Source: Octopus vulgaris (lineage: Eukaryota). Taken from it: a stretch of DNA of 64,000 nucleotides. The stretch is taken from assembly GCA_951406725.2 (NCBI GenBank), contig OX597820.1:117986001-118050000 (forward strand), written 5' to 3'. Below the pieces are notes generated by a model, which saw nothing but the letters and a program-made list of their open reading frames with translations, did no database searches and was not told the origin of the DNA. The position numbers and the translations under genes were made by a program. This document shows positions 15,606 to 29,967 of this stretch, piece after piece. The number at the start of each line of letters is the position of its first letter. The first letter of the stretch is position 1.

Positions 15606-15895
15606 GCGCGTGTGTGTATGCGTGTGTACGTACATGTGCGTATGAGTGAGTGTGTGTCTTTGTGTCTGTATTTGTCCCCTACCACTGCTTGATAACCGGT
15701 GTTGGTGATTTTACGTCCCCGTAACTTGGTGGTTCGACGAAAGAGATCGCTAGAATAAGTTCCAGGTTTAGCAAAAAACAAAAAAAAAACCAACAAAAAA
15801 TACATATTAGTGTCGATTCATTGGACTAAAGATTCTTGAAGGCAGTGCCCCAGCATGGTCGCTGTCAAATGTCTGAAACAAGTAAAAGATAAAAG
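15350..15895 (+). mobile_element. SINE-A, full length
   Basis: Head, internal (TA)n(TG)n and 3' GAAACAAGTAAAAGA are all present. Confidence 0.85.
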
Positions 15896-16438
15896 GTGAC
15901 AGATTCTAATGCACATGTACCCCAGAAACAGATGTAAAGAACGGCCGGGAGGAGGGTGGCTAGTTTTACTCTAATAGCAAATTGAAAATCGGACAAAACA
16001 TCAATTTTAACATTCAAAAGATGTTGTTGGATAACAACGAGGGTGTTCAAGGAGAAATTCTAGTCACCAACCAAGATCAACTGAAAGGTCATACCGGAGA
16101 ACTTTTAACGCAGGGAGTAAGGACAAACTTAAGAAAACTTTCTCTTGTCATGCCAATAGGGATCTTTGACGGTTCGAAGTGTCGTGGGGCCGGGCGATGG
16201 GTACAGAACCACGAAACCATTGTGATTGCACACTTTCATTGCTGGGTCGGCGAGTCGAACTTGTTCTTGGTGTTACCACCCGTGCGGTACTGTGTCTCCG
16301 CCTCTCTCTTTGCCTCTCCCTCACTCTCTGCGGCCGCACACACACACACAAACACACATATACGTATACATCAATGCACACACATGCACCCCAACACACA
16401 TACATATACATGCACGCACGTGGTATATGCCCACATAC

Positions 16439-16670
16439 CTATTTCTTTATTACCCGCAAGGAGCTAAACATAGAGGGGACAAACAAGGACAGATATAGGT
16501 ATTAAGTCGATTACATCGACCCCAGTGCGTAACTGGTACTTAATTCATCGACCCCGAAAGGATGAAAGGCAAAGTCGACCTTGGCAGAATTTGAACACAC
16601 AATGTAACGGCAGCCGAAATACCGCTAAGCATTTCGCCCGACGTGCTAACGTTTCTGCCAGCTCGCCGCC
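16439..16670 (-). mobile_element. SINE-B full-length monomer with 15 bp TSD
   Basis: Reverse complement of the 13287 element. TSD TATATGCCCACATAC at 16424-16438 and 16672-16686. Confidence 0.9.
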
Positions 16671-16849
16671 TTATATGCCCACATACGAACACAAACACAC
16701 ACGCACACACAAACACACACACACATACGCACGCGCACACACACACACACGCATACACACACAGAGCTGTGTAAGGAATATTGTTTGATGCTTCGGACAG
16801 CGAGACTGAAATAGTTACGATTACTATCTTCGTATCCAACGCCTGGGTA

Positions 16850-16917
<68 letters not shown>

Positions 16918-17166
16918 CACACACACACAGACACACACACACACATAGACACACACACATACACACACAAACACACACACATACTTTCTCGCACAGGCAT
17001 ATATGCATGCATACTTACGTACCCAATACACACATACACCATACACTCACACACAATAATACACACACATATGTACACACACAAGTACATTCTCATACAC
17101 ATACACAAACATATATACACGTATATACACACATATGATCATCTCTCTCTTTCTCTCTCTCTCTCT

Positions 17167-17199
<33 letters not shown>

Positions 17200-17326
17200 T
17201 AGATATGTGCGTGTATACATACATACATACGTACATATATATGTATATATATATATTTAAATATATACTTGTGTGTGTGTGTGTATGTGCGTGTGCAATT
17301 GTGAGCGAATACACGCACACACACAT

Positions 17327-17368
<42 letters not shown>

Positions 17369-17470
17369 GCACACACACAAGCACACACAAATGCATACGC
17401 GCATTCATACATGTAGGTATGCACATGTATACATGTATCTTTGTGTGCATGTGTGTGTGTGTGTGTGTGC

Positions 17471-17606
<136 letters not shown>

Positions 17607-18280
17607 CGTATATTCTATCTGCGATCGTTTGTTATGGATTCTTCGTCCGCTCAATAAATTAAAAATTGGTTCAGAACAGCCGAAAATGTGAAGTTTTATG
17701 GGTCATGAGCCAGTAATATGACACGTTCCACTGCCCTGTCCCGAGCAACCTGCTGGGTTCGGGATATTTACTACGATCACAACGTTGGGGCAGAGGAGGA
17801 GTTGGGAAGGAGTCAAGTTGGCACTCGCCACCTCGGCCCATTATCACCTCTCTTCACCATCATCGTCGTCGTCGTCATCATCATCATCATCATCATCATC
17901 GTTGTCGTTGTCGTCATCTTTGTCGTCGTCTTTATCCTCCTCGTTCTCGTGATTACCACCACCACCACCACCACCACCACCACCACCAACACCACCACCG
18001 CCGCCGCCGCCACCGCCACCACCTCCACCAACATCATCATCATCGTCATCACCTTCACCACTCACTACCATTCCACAAAATCCTCCATTAATAATACACT
18101 ATCAACGCCAAAATTTTCTCACCACCACCACCACCACCGAAACCACCACCACTACCAAGAAGAATGCTTTGTAATGGTCGGTGAATCCGCTAGAAATATC
18201 AGCAAAGTCAGTCCCTAATCGTGTCCTACACTCTCAAAAATCATCATCATCATCATCATTAACAACAACAACAACAACAA

Positions 18281-18316
<36 letters not shown>

Positions 18317-18472
18317 CAACAACAACAACAACAACAAAAGGGGCTGATAGGCACAGTATTGTAGTTTTGGATATACAATGCCTAAAATATAAGACGAGAT
18401 GGTCCCGGTTGGAATCTATTTAATCTCAGTCAGGTCAATCGTGGCAGCTTAATATGATCACAGCCAATTGCA

Positions 18473-18695
18473 AGGTAGCGAGCTTGGCCGAATCGTTAGC
18501 AAGCCGGGAAAAATGCTTAGCGGCATTTCTCTCCGTATTTACGTTCTGAGTTCAAACGCTGCCGAGGTCGACTTTGCCTTATATCCTTTTGGGGTCAACG
18601 GAATAAATACCAGTGGAACACTGGGGGGTGGTCGATGTTACCGACAAGCCCCCTCCCCCAAATTTCATGCCCTGTGCCTATAGCAGAAAGGATCA
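18473..18695 (+). mobile_element. SINE-B monomer with the alternative (non-Tx1) tail, diverged
   Basis: Same head and core as 13287. Tail is CCCCCTCCCCCAAATTTCATGCCCTGTGCCTATAGCAGAAAGG. Confidence 0.8.
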
Positions 18696-19054
18696 TTACA
18701 GCTAACTGCACTTTCAAAAGCACGTCTCTCTGAGTTCCGGCTGCTGAGAAATAGCAGCCAAAACTGCCTCAGGTCAAACCTTCAGCCAAGCAGTGGGGGG
18801 TGACAAACACTGACACACACCACCACCACCATCATCATTACCCGCTCTTAGCTACATCACCATGACCCAGATTGATAAAAGGCCTCAATGGCATGTCATT
18901 TTTGGAAAAATCCTTGAAATTTGAGATCACCTTCGCTTCCCAATTGGAGCGGGCCTTAATTGCCATCACGTGATTAAGATACACCTTGGAGAGGTGAAGA
19001 TAACCTTCATAAATCAAGACGAAAAAGGTTGTACAGTATTTAATATACCTGTAT

Positions 19055-19263
19055 TTATCTTTTATCTTTCAATTGGTTCAGTCATTAGACTGCGGCCATG
19101 CTGGGGCATCACCTTGAAGAATATTTGATCGAATGAATTGATTTATATTTTTTTAAACCTGGAACTTATTCTATCGGTTCTTTTGCCGAACCCCGAAGTT
19201 ACAGGGACGCAAACACACCTACACCGGTTGTCAAGTGGAGGTGGGGGACACAGACAGAAACAC

Positions 19264-19305
<42 letters not shown>

Positions 19306-19574
19306 CAAGCTCCTTTCAGTTTCCGGCTACCAAGACATTGGTGGGCCTGAGGCGATGAGCTATAATAGAAGACACTTACCCAATGTGCCACGCAATGAGA
19401 CTGAACCCAGAACCCATGCGCAGGGATGACTGTGCGGTAAGAAGCTTGCTTCCCAACGACGTGGTTCCGAGTTCAGTCCCACTGCATGGCAACTTGGGTG
19501 TCTCCTACTATAGCCTCGGGCCGACCAAACCGTTGTGAGTAGATTTGACAGACGGAAACTGAAAAAAGCCTGTC

Positions 19575-19618
<44 letters not shown>

Positions 19619-19817
19619 CTGTGTATGTATACATTTCTGTGCGTGTGTCTGTATTTGTACCCCCTTCATCACTTGACAACCGATGTTGGTGTGTTTACGT
19701 CCCCGTGACTTACTTAGCAGTTCGTCAAAAGAGAGTCCGAAAGAATAAGCACTAGGGTCGATTTGTTCAACTAAAGGCGATGCTCCAGAATGGCTGCAGT
19801 CAAATGACTGAAACAAA
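19055..19817. mobile_element. Two SINE-A copies fused head-to-head (minus ~19055-19416, plus ~19417-19817)
   Basis: A reverse-complement copy runs directly into GCGCAGGGATGACTGTGCGGTAAG of the forward copy. Confidence 0.8.
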
Positions 19818-19927
<110 letters not shown>

Positions 19928-20048
19928 TTAAATATATATATGTGTCTGTATATATATATATATGTATATATGTATATGTATATATATGTGTGTGTGCGTG
20001 TAAATATATGTACATGTATATATATATATATGTATGTATATACATATG

Positions 20049-20082
<34 letters not shown>

Positions 20083-20307
20083 TGTATATATATATATAAT
20101 ATATATAAAATATACGCAGTCCCACATGTGTGTTTTCGTACGTGTACACACACACGCATGCGCATTCATATATGCATGTGTTATTTATACATCTATCTGT
20201 TTATGTATTGTAGAAGTATAAAACGAGACAGAGATGCACCTGCTCCACACCCACTCTTTCACCACCTCTCACTTTCCCACACACACACACACACACATAT
20301 ATAGTTA

Positions 20308-20346
<39 letters not shown>

Positions 20347-20493
20347 GCACGCAGCGATGCCCCTGACATAATTTATGTAATGACTTTGTTAAACGATGAT
20401 GAGTTGATATTAATGTGGAAATAGAAGCAATAAATCTCGGATATAAATTCATAAAAGACTCACACCCTTTCTCTTTCCATCCTCTACTCTGGG

Positions 20494-20671
<178 letters not shown>

Positions 20672-20672
20672 G

Positions 20673-20831
<159 letters not shown>

Positions 20832-20941
20832 GCACACACACACACACAGACTCTCCACTTGCATACGCATAAATTCATATACACAGCACATTTATACGTT
20901 ACACACACATTCATAGTACATAGATAATTTATATATATATA

Positions 20942-20986
<45 letters not shown>

Positions 20987-20987
<1 letters not shown>

Positions 20988-21518
20988 GGTGTAGGCGTGG
21001 CTGTGTGTGGTGAGTAGCTTGCTTCCCAACCACACGGTTCCGGGTTCAGCCCCACTGCATGGCACCTTAGACAAGTGTCTTCTACTATAGCCTCGGGCCG
21101 ACCAAAGCCTTGTGAGTGGATTTGGTAGACGGAAACTGAAAGAAGCCCGTCATATATATATGTATGTATGTATATATATAAGAATAAATGTTTTTATATA
21201 TAATGAACGTTAAATACAGGAAGGGACGAACACGGAACACAGACAAATCATTCGAAGCCTTCAATCTTCAGTCAGACACCGAATCATCATAGCAAATTTC
21301 GGCTGTTCTATATATATATATATACGTGTGTGTGTATATGTTTGTGTGCCTGTGTTTGTCTCCCAGCATCACTTGACAACCGATGCTGGTGTGTTGAAGT
21401 CCCCGTTACTTAGCGGTTCGGCAAAAGAGCTCGATAGAATAAGTGCTAGGCTTACAAAGAATAAGTCCTGAGGTCGATTTGATAAACAAATGACTGAAAC
21501 AAATAAAAGAATAAAAGA
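20987..21518 (+). mobile_element. SINE-A with a ~130 bp foreign insert inside its internal (TA)n
   Basis: SINE-A 5' half to ~21152, an insert at 21181-21308 bounded by TA repeats, then the 3' half resumes at ~21345. Confidence 0.8.
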
Positions 21519-21566
<48 letters not shown>

Positions 21567-21708
21567 CAAATTCACGTCAGAAAACACGGTTGAAGCTATA
21601 TGCCAAGGGCAGGGATCCCGTGTTCTCGTGTGTAAATTTGTGTGTTTTTTTTAACTATGAATAAATGAAAGAATGGAGTCGAACGACGATTATAACAAAA
21701 TTCCTTTA

Positions 21709-21791
21709 CTCTCTACACATGTTTCGAAGGCTGCGTATTCCTAATTCCGAAGGAATAAAGGGTACATTATGCCGCCATCTCATCAGGAAAG
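21709..21791 (-). ncRNA. Hammerhead ribozyme motif with a canonical core and extended stem II
   Basis: The minus strand reads CTTTC-CTGATGA-GATGGC...GCCTTC-GAAAC-ATGT-GTA-GAGAG. Confidence 0.72.
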
Positions 21792-21879
21792 ACAAGGAAC
21801 TTATGTCAGCACCATGAAGATCAACCGTGTTTTCTGACGTGAATTTGCTATCCATACTAGGATAATTCACTCACCTTCT

Positions 21880-21922
<43 letters not shown>

Positions 21923-21926
<4 letters not shown>

Positions 21927-22220
21927 ACAATAAAGGAACGGCCATAATAGGCCATTCACCCACTAGAAATAACAGCCAAAGCTTCAACCGCAAATAAAAG
22001 TTAATTCAGTAAACCAGGAGAAAATTTAAAAACATTTACCCTGTAAATGTTTACAGGGTAAATGTTTTTTAAATTTTTTAAATTTTTTAAATTTTTTAAA
22101 TTTTTTAAATTTTTTAAATTTTCTCCTGGTTTACTGAATTAACTTTTATTTGCGGTTGAAGCTTTGGCTGTTATTTCTAGTGGGTGAATGGCCTATTATG
22201 GCCGTTCCTTTATTGTTGAT
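21923..22220. repeat. Foldback palindrome with ~125 bp arms
   Basis: 21923-22047 is reverse-complementary to 22050-22220, apart from a (TTTTTTAAA)n expansion in the right arm. Confidence 0.93.
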
Positions 22221-22607
22221 GTTGAACTTAAAAATGGTCTTTGACTATTTTAATTTTTTCCTACTAGGCCGCTGGTGGCAAAAGAATTCTACAAAATTTT
22301 TTTTGCCACCCTATATTGATTAATTATATATATATATATATATATAAACACACATAGATGCACACTCTCACACACATATGTGTAATTACGCCACACATCT
22401 AGATACATAATGAGATGTTACGGACACGCATGCTCTAATACATACGCCCATATATGCACGCACACACACACACAACTATGCCATATTCAAATACTTTCTC
22501 GGTTCAATGTATTTTCCAAAAGTTATTCTTTTTACATAAAACTGGAGAAACTTTGAGAAAAGACAAACATGCAACACATACACCAATTCATTCACTTTCG
22601 CTCACAT

Positions 22608-22757
22608 GGGCGCAGGCGTGGCTGTGCGGTAAGAAGTTTGCTTCCTAACCACATGGTTCTGGGTTCAATCCCACTGCATGCTGTCTTCTACTATAGCCAC
22701 GGGCCAACCAAAGCCTTCTGAGTGGATTCGGTAGACGGAAACTAAAAGAAGCCCGTC

Positions 22758-22760
<3 letters not shown>
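22608..22760 (+). mobile_element. SINE-A 5' half, truncated at the internal microsatellite
   Basis: GGCGCAGGCGTGGCTGTGCGGTAAG...AAAGAAGCCCGTCG, then (TA)n. Confidence 0.8.
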
Positions 22761-22822
<62 letters not shown>

Positions 22823-22844
22823 AGAACAAAGTGTACGTACGCCG

Positions 22845-22890
<46 letters not shown>

Positions 22891-23384
22891 AAAGATAAAA
22901 TCGGACAAGAACGCAAAACATCCGGACAACCAGGTAATACAAAATGGGACAGCAAAGCATCCAGATATGTAAAATAAAGTAACTTGCTCAATGACACCAT
23001 GCACCACCAGGAATCGAACTCCTGATCTCATGAAATACCTTTCATTTCTTCTTTGAACCGATGCAATAGGAACTCTTCTCACCTGCTCCGGCAATTGCCT
23101 TAAGAACTCTGGTTGTCTTTTCTTCCAGAAACTGAGATCCGTTTCATGAGGTCATAGGTATATTTGCCCACAAGCCTTCTCGGGTCCGCCTCTACGGCAA
23201 GGACTTCGAACATTTGATATCGACAATAAAAGTGTATAAAACAACAGCACAAAAAATGCACCGCAAATGACTTTTGGGACGTGAAGCAGAAGTGAGGCTA
23301 TTGCTTTTACAACTTCGGTCTACTCGACCATAGGAAATCTTCATCTTCACTTGCAGGTAATGCCTCTTCAACTTAAATAATGCT

Positions 23385-23506
23385 CAGCTGGTACTTTATC
23401 TTATCAACGTGAAAAGGATGAAAAGCAGAGTTGACCTCAGCGGCACTTGAATTCGGAAGTTAAAGGGCCGAAGAAACGCCATTAAATTCTTTATCCACCA
23501 CCGCCT
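23385..23506 (-). mobile_element. Degenerate SINE-B fragment
   Basis: CTGGTACTTTATC...AAAGGATGAAAAGCAGAGTTGACCTCAGCGGCACTTGAA matches the reverse complement of the core. Confidence 0.6.
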
Positions 23507-24288
23507 TCTAATTTAAGTAATAAAAATGACAACAGAGAAAGGCAGACATAGAAATCAAGTAAAATCCTATCTGTAGACCGAACTTCAAGGCTGAGTCGCA
23601 CGACTGAGCTGAAAGAAGCTTTTCTCTCGCAAGCGGCACTTTCGGCATGTGAAGTCTTTCGTAGCCTCTAGTCGATCCAAGACTTGTATTGAAAACACGT
23701 AGACGGAAACTGTGTGGAAGCCCGTCGAATGAACTGAGTCTATCTGTTGTTAGGTGGTAGAATAATCCTCCGCTCGGTTCAATACAACCACCTGAGTTTT
23801 GGGTTTCGGGTAGCTTTATCAGAATCCATTCTGTCGCAGCATTTCTGACCGTCTTTCTCCAGACGGAAGAGAAATTTATATTTTGGTGATGCTTTTCTAC
23901 TTCGCAAATCAAAAAAAAGAAATAAGATCCAACGCTAATTAACCAAACTTATCATATCCATGGTGTTTAAAAAGTCTCTCCGCAGTGAATTTTTTCCTCC
24001 TGACTCTGCAAGAGTCAGACTCTTCAAGATTTATTTCAAAACAGTGTAGAAGAGTCAACTTATGTATTGAAAATGTAGGACGACACTTTCAGCACCTCTT
24101 CTAAAGTCTTGTAAAGTTTAGTATATTCTTTTGTAGTCTTTTACCATCTTATAAATATTTATTTTGCAATAAAATTACTTACTGCGGAGAGACTTTTTGA
24201 ACACTCTGTATAAGTGCATGTATGTATGTAAATATGTGAGCACGTATATGTGTATGTATGCCCATTAATACACACACGCACACACACT

Positions 24289-24408
<120 letters not shown>

Positions 24409-24846
24409 ATTCTCTCATATCCCCCCTTTCACTTTATGAACACAGACAGACAGAACCATACACACAGACACAGATGCTAAAATAACCAAAACCATATTAA
24501 TACAATTTTACTTGTTTTTTTTTTCTCATTTCCTGTAATATTGTTGCGATTTATTTTTCATTAGCTTCGATCAAACTTGAATTTCTCTTTAACAAGAAAT
24601 TAAAGTATTTTCGAATAGTTGTGATAATTTATCGACTCCTTCTAAAATTCTGTACGAGAATGCCAAGATTCTACCAAACTCTCATATATTTCAAACTCAT
24701 TTTCTTCCCTGCTTCCATCCCAGCATGTCCATTCGTATTTTTGCAAATTTCTCGCATTTTCTTCCCCAATTCGTTCTGGCAGTTTATTTAGTCCAATCTT
24801 CTTTATTCACTCTACTTTTTCCGCCGCACTCTCATTTGTGTACTTA

Positions 24847-24927
<81 letters not shown>

Positions 24928-24940
24928 GATCGATCGATCG

Positions 24941-25027
<87 letters not shown>

Positions 25028-25048
25028 GATCTATCTATCTATCTATCG

Positions 25049-25124
<76 letters not shown>

Positions 25125-25143
25125 CTCTCTCTATCTATCTATC

Positions 25144-25515
25144 AAATGAGATTTGAGCCCAGTTAAAGAAAGGCATAGTCTGTCTCAAATTGCACAGGAA
25201 TAGATCACCGAGATTCATCTTCTTGCTCGCAACATTTTTCTTTAAATCTATCTTGAGTCTTGCACGTATTATCTTGGCCTCCTCAAATACTTTCACACCA
25301 CTCCACACTTTAGTTCGCCATCCAGCTCGATCCGAAGCAAGGGTTTCTATGACCTTTGGATCCATTCCAAGTGACTCCATGGTAGTCCTTATGCCGTTCT
25401 TAAACCTCTTTTCAGGTTTACACCGATTGCGTTTCTCTTCTGCAAGCTCGCCATAAAACAGCAGTTTGGGTGTGCGTTTATCCGCCATTCGAACAATATG
25501 ACCACACCATCTCAT
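25144..25515 (-). pseudogene. RTE-clade LINE ORF2 C-terminal fragment
   Basis: RWCGHIVRMADKRTPKLLFYGEL...RNRCKPEKRFKN matches the RTE motif RW.GHV.RM...R.PK..FYGEL. Confidence 0.8.
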
Positions 25516-25824
25516 TTAGTATTTTTAAAACTGTTTTAATATATTATTTATATCTAAATCTTATTTTATTTATATCTTTAAATTATATATCTTTTACTTC
25601 TACTTTTGTTTTTATGTATGTATATATATATATATGCATGCGCTGCTCTGCGTCGGACACCGGAATGATATTTAATCCCTCTATGGAGCGTCTGGGTGTC
25701 GGTTCGGTGTCTGGCACAGGATAGCCTACCTCATGGGCAGGTAGAAGCTCTTTAACCTTGGTTGGTAATCTACTAAGGTGAAGGAAGACATCTCTGTCCC
25801 GCATTCGCCATAATAGATCGCTAG

Positions 25825-25989
25825 CCACTAAACCTTTTTCTATTTTCTCTCCCTGTTTATTTCTGTGTTCCTTTCTGTCGAAGAACGTTGGCTCGAAACG
25901 TAAAAGACTTTCTCACATCCCGAGCGTTAAAATAATACATCTGTTTGTTGTTTACACACCCGTCTTCGTCTTTTGTTTTTTGTAAATTC

Positions 25990-25993
<4 letters not shown>
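25825..25993 (+). mobile_element. (TA)n-associated Penelope-like pLTR fragment with a hammerhead-like motif (CUGUCGA core); second copy at 41191-41360
   Basis: Two ~170 bp homologous copies. The motif CTTT-CTGTCGA-A-GAAC(GTTG)GCTC-GAAAC-GTA-AAAG is at 25871-25906. Confidence 0.6.
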
Positions 25994-26032
<39 letters not shown>

Positions 26033-26431
26033 CAAAGAAATTCCAACTCTGTCTGTTTCTTATGTTTTATTCATATTTTTTATATTATTTATGTAGAATA
26101 TAGAATATATAGTATAAATAATATATATAGTAAAGTGAAATGAAGTATTGATTGTCTTATTGAATAGATGAAATATTGAATATAAAATATTAGTATACTT
26201 TCTTGCATTTAAACCGTCTTCAAGGTCCCAGGTTGTGACAGGAGTATTTCAACTGTGGTTGACTGGCTGTCTTTTGTCTTTTATATATGTTCCTGAAGAC
26301 AGCAGTAGTAGTTGTTTGTCTACTTCTAAAGAATAAAAAAAAATATAAAGAATATAAATAAAACATAAAAAAACAGTTGGAATTTCTTTAAATAATATAT
26401 ATCCCTCTATACGCAATCATAAAAAAAACCC

Positions 26432-26526
<95 letters not shown>

Positions 26527-26764
26527 CTAAATTCTGTTTTTAAATGACTCGCTTTGAAGTTTTGCATTCGGTACAATTTGTTTATTTTAGTAGTTTTGAC
26601 TGTAAAAGTCCCTCCTAGCGTGCGGTAACTATGAATAATAGTACCCTCTATATAATATAAATAAGTATATTCAAAGTTGCAAAAATTTACAAATTTTTTC
26701 TATTACGAGGTTTTTCACGCTAACTACTTGATAATTCCTTATAAAGATTTTATCCTATTTTTAA

Positions 26765-26821
<57 letters not shown>

Positions 26822-27531
26822 CATATATATATATATCTAATTGTATGTAAAATAGTTGTCAAATTGGTGATAAAATGCATAGTAGCTAACTCGCTTTGGA
26901 ATTAAAGTGTATTTTCAATGCAATATAACTTGAATGAAATCTGTAAGATGAACGGCAAGATGAAGTGAACCTTGACGCTGGTCACCGACCCCCAAACCGC
27001 TGCAAAAGTTCTGACAGATATGCTATACTTTCTGTGAACTTGATTAATTAATTAATCTCAAGATTAATTACAGAGCATGCTGTCTTTAATGTATTCTCTA
27101 ATTAGAACATGTCAATCTAGTCGCAGTGAACAATGCAAAAACAACCGTTGTTTATATGAAGGAAAGAATATCGTAGCAAACCGTTGGATGGCTCTCATTT
27201 AAAACCCTCATATTCCTTATAAATGCGATCACTGATGACGGTCTTCTTGGTAATTCCACAGATGTGGAATAAGCCCCGGGGTCGATTTGCTCGACTAAAG
27301 GCGGTGCTCCAGCATGGCCGCAGTCACATGACTGAATCAGGTAAAATAGTAAAGAGTAAAGAGAGATGGAACATCACTGAATCTGCATTTCAAAGATTAG
27401 CCTTTCTCTGCAGGACGAGAAAACGTTTCGAACGTGATGAATGACTGATCTTGTTCAAATCTCAAGTAAATATTATAATGGGATACTGGAATGAAGCTGC
27501 TGCTACAGAACGACAGACAGACAGACAGACA

Positions 27532-27566
<35 letters not shown>

Positions 27567-28442
27567 CATGAACATAATTCAAAAGTAGCAGATCTGAACG
27601 ATTGGTCGGTTGAACTTGTAACCTTCTGGAAACGGAAAAAAGTTGTATACAATTGGAAAGCTTAGTGTTCGGTCAGCACAATTCATTTAGATTAATAATC
27701 GAAACCGTTCCAGCCATTTCCAAACCATTTTCTTTTCAGTGTCTCAAGAACAATATTATTTAAAGTGGCTTCAATTTAAGATGCTAAATTCGAGAGATAT
27801 TTGGCTTCGATTTCCAGCAAGATTAGTGACCCTGCAAAAATACCCTCATTGGTTCGGGAGGCTACAAAGTTTCACCGTTGTCCCCGGGAGACCCTTCCGT
27901 TAGTTCGCAAGCTCCCTCGCAAGTAATGACAGGTATTAGCACTGAAGCTGTTGGCAGGTCGGCAGGACGATAGTTTAACCGCTGAAACTCACTGATTGAG
28001 ATTTAACCTGCTGCTTGTCTTCACTGCTGACTATAACTCTATTGACCAGCGAATCGACGTTTCTCAAGATGGTTGCAAATCTTTACTTCTGCTTGGTTGC
28101 ATAATTGTGCAGTGAACTGCTTTTACAGATATTTCAGGCAAATAAATTTGAGAAGTTTTGAAGTTTTAGTGTTATTCTCAACAGAGAAAGGTTCAAATCA
28201 TTTACTCAAAATAGAGGATAGGTTTTGCTGAATATTTCTTTAAAACACTTGGCAGTAATGGAGTTTGTTTAATTTAGGAATGTCTGTTGAGAGAGGTTTG
28301 GCATTAATGGGTTCCGTGGAATCTCTTGCTGCATTCTATTCAAAGAGCTCAGTGATAATGGATTTGCTAAATTTGGATTTCACTTTCTCGATCGCGTTGT
28401 TTTCATAATTGTGATGTATGTATGTGTGTATCTGTGTGTGTA

Positions 28443-28487
<45 letters not shown>

Positions 28488-28885
28488 GCAAGATGGCTGA
28501 ACTGATAAGGTATTAAACACGTTGCTGGTTATACGATGTTTGGTCAAATTCACTGCAGGCATTCCGTTCTATTTCCGAGTCGAACACTTTATAGCTGCTA
28601 GAAATATGTGTATAAGTTCGTTAGTGAATATCTTCAGTAATAGACCGACATGTTGTCCAAGGGGAAATTTATTTTTCATCTGCTTTACACAATAGAACAG
28701 GAACCAAATAACAACCAGCCCTTTAAAATCCCTTTGTGGCTTGCCAGGTATTTAAACTTCTTTTAAAAGTAAGTTTATAACAAAATGGAAAGGAAAAAAA
28801 AAAAAGAAACGACGAGTCGCTGTTCTTTAAATTTCTCTCTGAATATATACTTGTTAAAATTTAATAATCCCCAATAAGAAGAGTC

Positions 28886-28975
<90 letters not shown>

Positions 28976-29438
28976 GAACCCAGAAATTGAAAACAGAGGG
29001 TTACCCACTTGCAAACAAATGTGGTAACATATAACAATATTGACCAAGGTTACCGTGGTCTTTTTCGTAGGCTTTTCTTCCCACGGATAAACCTTACTTG
29101 CTTCCACCTTTACACCATACATCATAACACTGTGATACACGATCCCTATTGATCGTTTTTTTCCTCTTCCCCCTTTTTCCCCTTTTTTCTTCTTTTTTTT
29201 TTCATTTCTCTTTTCTTTTGTTTCTTTTCCTTTTTTTATTAAAAAAAATTTTTTTTTTAAATTTTATTTTTTGTTCTTTTTTTTCCCTTTTACGATCCCT
29301 TTTGATCGAAAACCTACGCCACCTTTTTTTTGTTTCTTTTGTTTTTTGTTTTTTGTTTTTTTCATCCCCCAAAAGAAAAGCTCTACCTTGTAACTTGTCC
29401 CATCTGTGTGCAGCCCTGTGTGGCCAATAAAGAAACTT
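28976..29438 (+). mobile_element. 5'-truncated copy (3' UTR) of the Tx1 family, between two (TCTA)n tracts
   Basis: Shares GATCCCTATTGATCG (29141 vs 62241), the T-rich tract and the terminal ...CAGCCCTGTGTGGCCAATAAAGAAAC with the full-length element. Confidence 0.85.
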
Positions 29439-29496
29439 ATATCTATCTATATCTCTCTCTCTATATATATATATCTATCCATCCATCTATCTATCC

Positions 29497-29590
<94 letters not shown>

Positions 29591-29592
<2 letters not shown>

Positions 29593-29880
29593 GCCGAGAA
29601 TGGGCGGAGGTGGCATTGCGGTACTTCTTCGGAAGAGTCTGGACCTTAAAGTAAGAGCAATTTTCCTAGACCCGGAGGGTAGGCTGGTCGTCTTGGATGT
29701 CGATGGCTGCAATGGGTGTGCTTTTCGACTGATAACAATTTATGCACCGTCCTTAGCAGGCCGGTCAGATTTCTTTCGACGTCTAGATGTTTTCCTAGGA
29801 ACGTTGCATCAGATGGAGGTTGTCATGGATACTCCTACCCGGCATGGCGCATGTTTGCGCCTTGTCGATGCGCCAACTAG
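29591..29880. pseudogene. Tx1 ORF2 internal chimera: sense EN fragment fused to antisense RT fragment, flanked by (TCTA)n
   Basis: 29591-29803 encodes MGGGGIAVLLRKSLDLKVRAIFLDPEGRLVVLDVDG... and matches ~58817-59030. ~29805-29870 is the reverse complement of ~60269-60333. Confidence 0.88.
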
Positions 29881-29884
29881 TCTG

Positions 29885-29967
<83 letters not shown>

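Noticed and set aside
15982-16160. Host exon or CR1 fragment (LKGHTGELLTQGVRTNLRK)
   Set aside because: It weakly resembles a CR1 C-terminus but is too short and degenerate to support a call.
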